Program-made: the position numbers and the translations under genes
Origin: Acidobacteriaceae bacterium
GTDB taxonomy: Bacteria; Acidobacteriota; Terriglobia; Acidiferrales; UBA7541
Assembly (NCBI GenBank): GCA_030838075.1
Contig: JAUTXJ010000013.1
Location: 1-50,495 of the forward strand
Length of the DNA stretch: 50,495 nt
Direction: 5' to 3'
Shown here: positions 39,014-47,813 of the stretch, piece by piece
How positions within the stretch are numbered: the stretch's first letter is position 1
Layout of the letters: every line of letters starts with the position of its first letter
Notes under the pieces: model-generated
Databases searched by the model: none
What the model was told of the DNA's origin: nothing
Seen by the model: the letters and a program-made list of their open reading frames with translations, nothing else

Positions 39014-40687
39014 TCAAAAGGCATACCCTAAGCTCATGATCACTTGATTGGCAATGTACGCGTTGCCATTCAATGGATTGGTCTGCAAACGTTTGTATTC
39101 GACGGAGGCGAGCACATCTGACCGCATCCGATAAATAAAATTAACAAAAGGACTCTGGTTCCTGGAAATCGAGTAACCATAATAAAGCGCAGTCGCCGGG
39201 AACCGTTTCAACTCGCTGGCAAACGGTACGTCTTCGCCATAGGCGAAGTTTACTTCGAAATTAGGTTTCGGTTTGAACTTCAACTGCAGCCAGCCACCAG
39301 TAGAGTCTAGTCCATAAATCGCGGTGTTTGCGTTGTAGACGGACCCAGAGAGCAGAATACTCTGCCCAACTCCGCCGCCCAATCCGCCGACCGCGCGTCC
39401 GCGATAAAACTCCGCGCTGAAATCAAGGAACTCTCCGAGTGGCACGCTTACATCGGTGACGCCGGCCCACCCATCAACAGCTCGGCCGAATCCCCAGTTC
39501 TGACGTCCATAATAGCCGCCGATTCCAACATTCAGATCCCTTCCAAAAACGCGCTGGCTGTAGCCGATGTGCGTTGCGTAAGCCGGCTGCCCCGATGCTT
39601 CTCCGACGGTTGGGTAACGATAACTCTGAAACCGCGGAATATCGCCGGTTAACGAATCCAGAATGCCCGCCTGAATCCGAATTCCCGAATTTTCGGAGAG
39701 CGCAAACCGATGCTCGATGCGCAGCTGCGGAGTCCAGCTCCACAGATTACCGGAATAAGACAGCGCGGGAATTGCAAGAGAACTGAGTGTCGTGGGACTA
39801 AGCGGCGCGAAGAAGATACCATCCTGTCCTGCAACTATAGAGGTATCCGCCCAATCCAGGCGTATCGTACCGGTGCGCAAACGGACCACTCCGAATGCCG
39901 CGCCATTTGGTACGTTCGGGAAGCCCCCGGCAAAATCGAATTTCACGTTGGCGCTGGTTCGGGCCCCGGCAATATTCGGTCCGAAAGTTTCAACTCCAAT
40001 TTGCGATTGACGAAGTGAGCCCGAAAAAGACCCCGCTACTCCTGGCGCAATCGCAGGCTCCGCAATTTGAGGAATGTCGAGATTGTCCACCGACCCGCGG
40101 GTGACAGCAGTGTTCAGAAGCACAAGTCCAGACAGCCGCACCCGATATTTTGAACCGCTTTCCACTTTGGTCTGACTTTGCTCAACAATTTTGTCATTCA
40201 TCAATTCCTGGTCGTCTTCCAGCTTGGAGACTCTCTGTTGCAAATCTCCATGTGAAGAATCGTCAGGTGACCGTGCTTGCCCCGGTGAACTTGCCGAGGC
40301 TGAGGACAACGATGACGAGTACGGAACGGATGTAGACGACACATGCGATGCTGCCGGACGCACCTCGTAAGGCGCCGGGGTGCTGCCGGTTTTGGCCGCC
40401 AGTTGCTCTGTCGTTTTATTCAATTCGGTCCGCAGCTGTTCGGCCTCTCGCAGCGCTTCCTGCTGCGCATTCCGCAACTCGACCATTTGAGAATTCAGAG
40501 TTTCAACCTGCGACTGCAAGCGGTTCATCGACGCTACCAAAGCCTTTATGTCGACGGCCATCTCCGTCGACGCTGGAGTTGGAGAAGTGGCAGCGTTTTG
40601 ACATCTGGCCGCAAGCGGCAAAAAGGCAAAAAGTGCTGACATCGCAATGAGCTTGAAATGAAGCTGGGAGCGCCGGTTTATTTGCAT
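39014..40687 (-). CDS. Outer-membrane porin-like protein with N-terminal coiled coil (DcaP-like)
   Basis: Signal peptide, long coiled coil, beta-strand pattern, terminal LGYAF. Confidence 0.75.
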   Translation of the reverse strand: MQINRRSQLHFKLIAMSALFAFLPLAARCQNAATSPTPASTEMAVDIKALVASMNRLQSQVETLNSQMVELRNAQQEALREAEQLRTELNKTTEQLAAKTGSTPAPYEVRPAASHVSSTSVPYSSSLSSASASSPGQARSPDDSSHGDLQQRVSKLEDDQELMNDKIVEQSQTKVESGSKYRVRLSGLVLLNTAVTRGSVDNLDIPQIAEPAIAPGVAGSFSGSLRQSQIGVETFGPNIAGARTSANVKFDFAGGFPNVPNGAAFGVVRLRTGTIRLDWADTSIVAGQDGIFFAPLSPTTLSSLAIPALSYSGNLWSWTPQLRIEHRFALSENSGIRIQAGILDSLTGDIPRFQSYRYPTVGEASGQPAYATHIGYSQRVFGRDLNVGIGGYYGRQNWGFGRAVDGWAGVTDVSVPLGEFLDFSAEFYRGRAVGGLGGGVGQSILLSGSVYNANTAIYGLDSTGGWLQLKFKPKPNFEVNFAYGEDVPFASELKRFPATALYYGYSISRNQSPFVNFIYRMRSDVLASVEYKRLQTNPLNGNAYIANQVIMSLGYAF

Positions 40688-41042
40688 GGTGATCCTCTTT
40701 GACGACGATGATTGCTCGTTGACAATCGCTACGAAATTTATCTTCCCGGAGTATAGAGCAGCGTAGGTATTACTGCCGACTCAGCGAACCCTGTATATCT
40801 GTATACGAATCTTGATAATCAAAGTGGCCAGCAGGTCAATCATCTGCGTTTATTGGATGCCAAAACTCTGAAATTCGCCGCGTCCATCGCTTGAAAAGCA
40901 AAACTCTCTGCGCAACGGAGTACCAGAAACATTACACAAATTGGACAATCGCGTGACCACCCCGTGGCACTTCTGCGCTCAGATCCAATTACCGTAGCTC
41001 CTCCGCAGCACAAATTTCAAACAACAGAAAGAAAGGGATGAA

Positions 41043-42224
41043 ATGGAAAAGGAAAAGAGTCTCATGAATCGTTCAGTGAACCGGAGGTCGCTCCTCAAGA
41101 CCGGCGCGTTGGCAGGTGGTGCCGTCGCCATCGGAGCCGGCTTAGCGAGTACCGCCACGAGCGCGTTCGCCGACGAGAGCAAGAGCCGTGTCACCAAGGG
41201 TGATATTGCTATTCTCACGTTTCTAAGCGCCCTCGAGCAGGTCGAGGCCGATCTCTGGATACAGTACGCCGAACTTGGCGGAGCCACGAATCAAGGTCTG
41301 TCCCCCATCGATATCCCATTCAAAACCGGACTTGCTCCCGATTACATCACTGGCCTTCTAGTATTAGACGGCGATATGCCCCAATATATCGTCGACAACA
41401 CCGACGACGAAATCAGCCACCACAGATTCCTGAACAATTACCTGCAGTCCAAGGGCGCAAAATCAATAGATCTGAGCAGTTTTGCCATACTGCCGCCGAG
41501 CCAGGTATCCGGGGTTCCGCAAAATGGCCGCCTTACCAACTTGAAGCAATTAACCATCGACACCTCATGGTGGACCCGTTACCGCAGCGACAGCGCCAAT
41601 CCGGATCTCGGAGGAACCTTCGAGAACGCCGTTCCAGACCTCGCCAAGGGGCAACATCCCGCTATTCCTCTAAGCGACGCCGACCTCGGTATGGACGGAG
41701 CCGGTAACATTTCCAATCACCTCCAGGCCATCGCCAATACCGCCGGCTTCCACTTTGCGTTCATCGAGCAAGGCGGCAGCAGCTTGTATCCCGCGCTCGC
41801 CCAAAAAGTGACAGACGTGGAAGTTTTGCGTGTACTGCTGAGCATCGGTGGTAGCGAAATCATGCACTTCCAAACCTGGCACGACAAAGCTGGCAACGCC
41901 ACCAACATCACGGATGGCAATCTGACCTTCCCCAACCTCAACATCGGTGTCGATCCGAATACCGGAGCGACGGGTGCCAAGGTAGCCGATTCCTTCCAGA
42001 CCAACCTGATCATGCCCGAACCGACGATATTCCTGGATCCCAAGCTGGGGCCGGTATCGATCATCCGTCCAACGTCCACTGCCCAGGGCGGAGCCGTAGC
42101 TTCCGTCGCCAGCTTTGTTCAGGACGGCCTGTTTCTTGACCCCGCTACCGGCAAAAATACCGGAATCGTCTCTGTGCTCATGCGCTTGGCTGAAGAAGCC
42201 GATGAGGCTCAGCGGAAGCTGTAA
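41043..42224 (+). CDS. Tat-exported ferritin-like di-metal protein
   Basis: NRRSLLK Tat motif; LEQVE, DDEISH, FIEQGG and SEIMH four-helix carboxylate/His ligands. Confidence 0.85.
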   Translation: MEKEKSLMNRSVNRRSLLKTGALAGGAVAIGAGLASTATSAFADESKSRVTKGDIAILTFLSALEQVEADLWIQYAELGGATNQGLSPIDIPFKTGLAPDYITGLLVLDGDMPQYIVDNTDDEISHHRFLNNYLQSKGAKSIDLSSFAILPPSQVSGVPQNGRLTNLKQLTIDTSWWTRYRSDSANPDLGGTFENAVPDLAKGQHPAIPLSDADLGMDGAGNISNHLQAIANTAGFHFAFIEQGGSSLYPALAQKVTDVEVLRVLLSIGGSEIMHFQTWHDKAGNATNITDGNLTFPNLNIGVDPNTGATGAKVADSFQTNLIMPEPTIFLDPKLGPVSIIRPTSTAQGGAVASVASFVQDGLFLDPATGKNTGIVSVLMRLAEEADEAQRKL

Positions 42225-42293
42225 GTTCCAAAATGCAAGCATGACTGGGCCTTCCGAGCACACCGCAAGTTCCCGCAAGTGCTACATGATCAG

Positions 42294-42330
42294 AAAGGGC
42301 CGGGTTCTCCGTAAGGAGCCCGGCCCTTTT
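42294..42330 (+). terminator. Rho-independent terminator
   Basis: AAAGGGCCGGG(TT)CTCC-GTAA-GGAGCCCGGCCCTTTT hairpin after the ferritin-like gene. Confidence 0.75.
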
Positions 42331-42409
42331 CACGCCTCGAACCACAAACAAGTTGTAGCCGTTGTTTGCAGTGCGCTATCGTGGCACCCGGGTCGCATAG
42401 CGGAGGTTC

Positions 42410-43237
42410 ATGATGACATCGTCTATAACTTCGTGTGTCTTATGTACTCGTAGAGACATTCTCAAAGCGAGCGGAGCACTGCTTTTGCCGCTCGCAATTC
42501 CTGGCGCGATTCGTGCTCTCGGCGCTCAATCCACCGCGAACGGTGGAACCGATCCATATCCAATTCCCTGGCTTGATAAAAACGGCAGTCACAATCAGCC
42601 CGCGGCCCTCAACCTCGAACCGTCACACATTTATCATTTCAAGGGGCGGGTGGCCCGCTGCAGCACATTCACTGGGATGGGCACGGATAACAAAGGAAAT
42701 CGAATCGCTTTCGGCAGCGCTACGACCGATTACGGCGTGATGCAGGGCGAGTATTGGGCCGCGCGGGCAACGCAACAAGGGGCCTTCACACACATTTGAC
42801 TCACTCTATTTCAGGGACAGGCTGTCCCTGCCAATCAGATTCATGACTTTCATCCTCCCATCTCGCCATCAGGACTTTACTGGGTTGTTGCGGTTCCCGA
42901 TGGTGGAGCGAAATTCAGTTTCGATGGTAATACCTGCACAGTAGAGATGCGCGACGTCGCAGTCGTGGATCAACCGCGCTGGCCGGCGCTCGACTCGGTA
43001 GCCACTCCGGCACGGATGAGCTTCAAGATCATTTGGAAATCGAATGGACAGACCGTGCGCTATGACGACGCTTCGCGGCATTTCCGCTTTTCTGGCACAG
43101 CGGCGACCTGCCAACTGGAAGCACAAGTCGAAGTGCCCCCCGCGGGTTTTTCGTGGAAGTCCGATCCACTCGAAACCTCCAAATGTGACTTTGCCATCAT
43201 CGGCGACGAAACAAACGGACGCTATTACGATAGCTAG
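42410..43237 (+). CDS. Tat-signal protein of unknown family with in-frame TGA at codon 130 (candidate selenoprotein, 275 aa)
   Basis: GGAGG RBS, TRRDILK motif. After TGA 42797-42799 the frame stays open (LTLFQGQAVPANQIHDFHPPISPSGLYWVV...) and runs into ORF 42947..43237. Confidence 0.72.
42812..42830 (+). promoter_or_regulatory. Candidate bacterial SECIS element
   Basis: CAGGGACA-GGC-TGTCCCTG, a perfect 8-bp stem with a GG-starting loop, 12 nt after the TGA. Confidence 0.68.
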
Positions 43238-43284
43238 GTTATTCAGTGTCGCCCCTCCGTTATAACTACCCCGAGTAACCGTAC

Positions 43285-43364
43285 TTCGAACTGCGACGCC
43301 CGTTCGAACGACTGGCGCATTCGAATGACAGTCCGCGTTCGAATGACAGTCCGCGTTCGAATGA
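43285..43364. repeat. Tandem ~18-bp repeat with TTCGAA core
   Basis: TTCGAA at 43285, 43303, 43320, 43338 and 43356; unit TTCGAATGACAGTCCGCG exact twice. Confidence 0.85.
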
Positions 43365-43368
43365 TTTC

Positions 43369-43384
43369 TGTTTCACGTGAAACA
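43369..43384. other. parS: parS centromere site
   Basis: Exact consensus palindrome TGTTTCACGTGAAACA in an intergenic position. Confidence 0.88.
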
Positions 43385-43428
43385 AGAATTTTGTCTTACT
43401 TCTGGCGACTGCTCGATGCAAAAGTACA

Positions 43429-43517
43429 AATTGTCGGCCCTCTGACATTTCTGCGGCCGACATTTCGCGCAATTGTCGACACGCCGACATTTTGTGCAAT
43501 TGTCGGCGCGTCGACAT
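43429..43517. repeat. Array of imperfect palindromes AATTGTCG-N-GACAT
   Basis: Copies start at 43429, 43471 and 43498, plus a half-site CCGACATTT at 43457. Confidence 0.75.
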
Positions 43518-43550
43518 CCACTGTTCGAACGGCGCCGCATGTTCGCGGAT

Positions 43551-43946
43551 TCATTCCCCGGCTTTGGTCGCTAGACCTTCTATGATGGCGATATTTTGCA
43601 TTAGCTCCTGAGGAAGTCCGTGCCGCTCCCTCAAATATTCGGGGCTGTTATACGAAACCCAGACTTTCCCTTGGGCGTCTTCCCAGACCAGCAATTTCAG
43701 CGGAAGGTCGATGGCGCTGCTGGGCGACGCCAACATCAATGGGGTGCCAGCCTTTGGGTTACCAAAAATCAGTAACTTGGTAGGCCGCATTTTCAGTCCC
43801 ACTTTTTCCGCCTCTCCACTGTGGTCGATCAACGCGAACACCGCGACTCCCTTGCTTTTGAGAATATTGCTGAGCGCTTCGACCGTTTGTTCCACAGAGT
43901 GTTTACTGGGTTTGTTAACTATACCGTTGTTTGTTGCGGCCGCCAT
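43551..43946 (-). CDS. DUF302 domain protein
   Basis: FALIDH...IFGNPKAGTPLM...DLPLKLLVWED. Confidence 0.92.
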   Translation of the reverse strand: MAAATNNGIVNKPSKHSVEQTVEALSNILKSKGVAVFALIDHSGEAEKVGLKMRPTKLLIFGNPKAGTPLMLASPSSAIDLPLKLLVWEDAQGKVWVSYNSPEYLRERHGLPQELMQNIAIIEGLATKAGE

Positions 43947-44024
43947 AAATATGCCCTCCTAACCAATCGATGCCGGCACGTACTGAAACCTTTCGCGCGT
44001 TTCTGCGTTCATACCAGTAGACCT

Positions 44025-45566
44025 ATGCGCACGCACTTGCTTCGGGCAATTATCGCGCTCATCCCGGCGTGTATCACCACTCCCGCCCATGCGCAGGACG
44101 CTGCCAAGATTGTAGACCAGTACATCAAAGCTGAGGGCGGTTCAAAAGTTTTAGCGAGGCTCAATACCCTGACGCTCGAAGGTACGTTTGCCAACAGCGC
44201 GAATGAGAAGGCTGGCACGTACACCCTGATTACCAAGCAATCGAACCGCTATTATTCAGAACTCGTCGATGGCGATCGAACTTCGATCGAAGCCTACAAC
44301 GGGAAATCCGCCTGGCACCAAAACGCCGGCGAACTTGCGACCCTGATGGGGCCGGAAGGCGCTCAACTGGAAGCTGCAGGTCAGTACTACAATTCGCGGC
44401 TGCTCAATGCGAAAAAGAACAAACTGGGAATCGCTTTTATCGGTCACGCACAGGTGCGCGGGAAGGACGCACTGCAGATTGAAGTGACCACCTCTGCAGG
44501 TTTGAAGCGGGAGATTTTCTTCGATCCCCAGACGCACCTTATCGTGAAAGAAGCAGCGATGACCGGTGGAATTGATGAACAGATGGTGTACGACGATTAC
44601 CGCACGCAGGACGGAGTGAAGCTCCCGTTCAAGATCGAACTACACCGTGGAAGCGACGTTTACGACATCACCGTCACTCGCACGGTTGTGAACGGCACGG
44701 TGGGCGAGAGAGTTTTCGATTTTCCTAAGAAATCACAGGTACAGTTGCCCGATCTCAAAGCCCTGTTCAAGGAAATCGACGACAATCAGAAAGCCATCGA
44801 CAAAATAAAAGAAAATTACACCGGCACCCGCGCGGAAGAAGAAACCGAATACGACAAAACCGGAAAAGTGACCAAACGCGAGGCCAAGGAGTACACCTTC
44901 TTCTATTTGGATGGCGACGAGATTTCCACGCTGATCAGCAAAGACGGCAAGCCCCTCGGTGAAGAAGAACAAAAAAAGGAAAACGAGAAAACGCAGAAAG
45001 AAATTCGCGAGCACGAGAAAAAGGATGCCAAAGATAAAGAAAAACCAAAGAAAGAAGATGACGACCCAGGCATCGAGGTTTTCTTGCGAGCGTGCCAGTT
45101 TGTGAATCCCAGGCGTGAGCGCTTCCGCGGACAGGACGTACTTGTTTTTGATTTCGAGCCGAATCCAGAGTTTAAAGCCCACAAACTCGCGGAAAAATTG
45201 GTACAGAAGCTCGCGGGCGTTGTTTGGATAGACGAAAAGAGCCACGACGTGGCGCGCCTTGAAGCTTATTTTGTAGGCGACTTCAAGTTAGCCGCCGGTA
45301 TGCTGGCCAATTTGCAGAAAGGTACCAGCTTCGTTTTTGAGCAAGCGTTTACCAACAACGAAGTATGGCTGCCAACGTACGCAGAAGTTCATGTTGGCGT
45401 TCGCGTCTTGCTGGTGAAAGGCTTCAAGGTAAACGCTGTGATCCGCTACTCAGACTACAAAAGATTTAACGTAGAAAGCATATCTACCGTGGGCAAACCA
45501 AAAGGTGGCACTGATACTCCGCCTGTCGGGCCAACAGAAACACCGCGCCCTCCCGAACCACGATAA
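44025..45566 (+). CDS. Hypothetical exported protein (lipoprotein-sorting-like fold plus C-terminal domain)
   Basis: Signal peptide (TPAHAQ), IVDQYIKAEGG, YDDYRTQDGVKLPF, VWLP...YSDYKRF; ATG at 44025. Confidence 0.7.
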   Translation: MRTHLLRAIIALIPACITTPAHAQDAAKIVDQYIKAEGGSKVLARLNTLTLEGTFANSANEKAGTYTLITKQSNRYYSELVDGDRTSIEAYNGKSAWHQNAGELATLMGPEGAQLEAAGQYYNSRLLNAKKNKLGIAFIGHAQVRGKDALQIEVTTSAGLKREIFFDPQTHLIVKEAAMTGGIDEQMVYDDYRTQDGVKLPFKIELHRGSDVYDITVTRTVVNGTVGERVFDFPKKSQVQLPDLKALFKEIDDNQKAIDKIKENYTGTRAEEETEYDKTGKVTKREAKEYTFFYLDGDEISTLISKDGKPLGEEEQKKENEKTQKEIREHEKKDAKDKEKPKKEDDDPGIEVFLRACQFVNPRRERFRGQDVLVFDFEPNPEFKAHKLAEKLVQKLAGVVWIDEKSHDVARLEAYFVGDFKLAAGMLANLQKGTSFVFEQAFTNNEVWLPTYAEVHVGVRVLLVKGFKVNAVIRYSDYKRFNVESISTVGKPKGGTDTPPVGPTETPRPPEPR

Positions 45567-45583
45567 CCGGCGAATCAGTGCCA

Positions 45584-46465
45584 CTACTTCGGAAAGTGGC
45601 GCGAGTGAAATTCCAGTGATGCGGGGAGATGTTCGGCGAAGTACGAGGCGTCATGGCGGCCTGGGTAGATGTGAAATTCGTGAGGAATTTGTCGAGACGT
45701 TAGCACTTTATCGAGAGCAATCGCTCCAGCCTCAAAGCCAAAGTCGTCCTGGTCTCCACAATCAAAATAAATATTCAGATGCGCTAAATTTGCCGTTCGT
45801 GCAATGACGATCGGGTTGTGCGCCTGCCAGAAAACGGGATCGGGCGGATTCCCAAACGCACCGCCCAGCACGCGTGCCCTGGGCGAATTTGGCAGCGCAC
45901 CTGCTAGAAAAGTGGGCAGCTTTTCTATTAACGCGGCACTATGTGCGCTTACCGAGGAAAAAAGTTGCGGGTGTCGGAATGCCAGATACAGAGCGCCGTA
46001 ACCGCCCATCGAAATTCCTGAGATGGCTCGATTGGCCCGGCCGGCCGCGACTCGATAATGCTTTTCCACGTAAGAAAAAAACTCCTGCAGCAGAAAATCC
46101 TCGCAGCGCTCTTGGCCATCACGGGCGTTGATATAAAACGTGGAGCGCGCGTCGGGCGTGGCGATTAGAAAATCTTGGAGCTCGCCTTTGTCGCGCATGT
46201 CCTCCAGCAGATTCCATGCGCCGGAATGGACAAAGAATTGTTCGTTATCTCCTAAACCATGGAAGAAATACAAGACGGGGAAAGTCCGCGCTTTATCAGC
46301 ATCAAACGAAGGTGGAAGAACGATGCAGTAAGGCACGGGACGCGACAGGATTTTGCTGGGCAGAGAATTGCATTCGACGCGGCCGGCCGCCAAGGCCGGT
46401 CGCGGCAGGAAGACGATGCATATTAGTAAACACAATTCGACGCATCGACAAGTCACTCTATTCAT
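45584..46465 (-). CDS. Alpha/beta-hydrolase esterase (Fes/antigen-85-like)
   Basis: VLYFFHG, GISMGG nucleophile elbow, DCGDQD, PGRHD. Confidence 0.9.
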   Translation of the reverse strand: MNRVTCRCVELCLLICIVFLPRPALAAGRVECNSLPSKILSRPVPYCIVLPPSFDADKARTFPVLYFFHGLGDNEQFFVHSGAWNLLEDMRDKGELQDFLIATPDARSTFYINARDGQERCEDFLLQEFFSYVEKHYRVAAGRANRAISGISMGGYGALYLAFRHPQLFSSVSAHSAALIEKLPTFLAGALPNSPRARVLGGAFGNPPDPVFWQAHNPIVIARTANLAHLNIYFDCGDQDDFGFEAGAIALDKVLTSRQIPHEFHIYPGRHDASYFAEHLPASLEFHSRHFPK

Positions 46466-47813
46466 AGCGAAGAGCGTCAACGGGATTGAGCTTGGCTGCA
46501 CGGGAAGCAGGATAGAGCCCCGCAACGAGACTCACAAGCACAGCGAACCCAAGGGCAGCCACCACGAGCCACCACGGAACGGAAGAGAGCTCAATGGAAT
46601 TGAGATTTTGGCGGTGCAGATAAACGTTTGTGCCGTAGGTGACCGCGCGGCCCAATAACCAGCCAAAGGTCACGCCAAGTATTCCGCCAAGCAAACCCAT
46701 GACCCCGGCTTCGACAAAAAAAAGTCGCTGCACATCGGAATCCGCGGCGCCAAGAGCTTTCAACACGCCGATCTCGCGGCGGCGCTCCAGAATTGACATA
46801 ACTAAGGTATTGACGATGCCGAGGGTGGCGACCGCTAGCGCCAAAGCGCCAAAAATGCCAAGAAGCGAATCAAAAACGGAGAAAAAAGTGCGCAGCGATT
46901 TGGAAGCATCCAGTAGAGAGAACGCATTGAAGCCGAGATTCTTGATGGAGGCTTCGACGGTTTCAACCTGCGACGGCGACTTGGCGCGCACCGAAAGCGA
47001 TGCATAAGTGGTCTTATTCGCGGCTGAATCACGCACGATGTCCCGCAGGTCATTCACCTGTGCAGCGCGCAGCGTTGCAGCAGTTTCCAGAGGTATAAGC
47101 AGCCGCGCGTTTCCATACCCGCCGTATCCCGCCGCTGGCTCGGTTTCCACGACGCCGATAATCTTCAGTCGCAATTCTTTCGGAACCACAGAAAAACCGC
47201 CCGAAGACTCGGCTGTGTGATCCGCAGAACTGGCGCCATTCGCTTGCAGCGCTTGGCGTTCTGCATAACGCAGCACCAATTCCTGCCCAATCAGCGAATC
47301 GGTGTTTTCGGAGAGCTCTTTCGCGAATTCAATTTGCAGAATACCTTCATCGGCAGCAGGCGAAGAAAAGAAATGGCCCTTCATGCCATCGAAGGAACCG
47401 GAATTCTTAGAGGATTCCGGCATGCCTGCAACCACTGTGGCAAAGGGTTTGTTGTTGAACCGCACTTCCGTAAAGAAACGAATCTGCGGATAGACTTCAA
47501 TTACGTTCGGTAACTTTTCGATTTCTTTCCGGGCATCTTCGTCAAGTACGCGCACAGGTTTGCCTGGCTGCTGCTCTTCGCGTTGCGGCCGGCCCCCTCC
47601 CCGAAAACTGTTCTTAGGCGACACCAGAATGGTGTCGAACAGCCCACTCTGCGACAGCCGCTTGGAGGCGAGTTCCTGAAGGCCCACGCCGAGTGAAAGC
47701 ATAGCCACGAGAGAAGCTACTCCTACAGCGACGCCGAGAGTAGTAAGCGCGTTGCGAAACAATGCTTCGCGCAGATTGCGCAACGCCAGATCGGTGAGGT
47801 CCCGTGCTTTCAT
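46458..47813 (-). CDS. ABC transporter permease (MacB/FtsX-like)
   Basis: LTTLGVAVGV, GIVNTLVMSILERRREIGVLKALGA, YPASRAAKLNPVDALRYE. Confidence 0.95.
   Translation of the reverse strand: MKARDLTDLALRNLREALFRNALTTLGVAVGVASLVAMLSLGVGLQELASKRLSQSGLFDTILVSPKNSFRGGGRPQREEQQPGKPVRVLDEDARKEIEKLPNVIEVYPQIRFFTEVRFNNKPFATVVAGMPESSKNSGSFDGMKGHFFSSPAADEGILQIEFAKELSENTDSLIGQELVLRYAERQALQANGASSADHTAESSGGFSVVPKELRLKIIGVVETEPAAGYGGYGNARLLIPLETAATLRAAQVNDLRDIVRDSAANKTTYASLSVRAKSPSQVETVEASIKNLGFNAFSLLDASKSLRTFFSVFDSLLGIFGALALAVATLGIVNTLVMSILERRREIGVLKALGAADSDVQRLFFVEAGVMGLLGGILGVTFGWLLGRAVTYGTNVYLHRQNLNSIELSSVPWWLVVAALGFAVLVSLVAGLYPASRAAKLNPVDALRYE

Noticed and set aside
23918-42799. Genome-wide TGA reassignment (code 4 or 25) as the explanation for the two in-frame TGAs
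   Set aside because: Many clear genes here end at TGA at their expected C-termini (vapC, arsR, catalase, oxyR, ECF sigma).
43266-43517. 83-aa ORF with SFERGL and MSA repeats
   Set aside because: Translation of the DNA repeats and parS (FHVKQ); no RBS or family signal.
43285-43530. Possible CRISPR array
   Set aside because: Units are 18-27 bp with no unique spacers, and there are no cas genes in the window.
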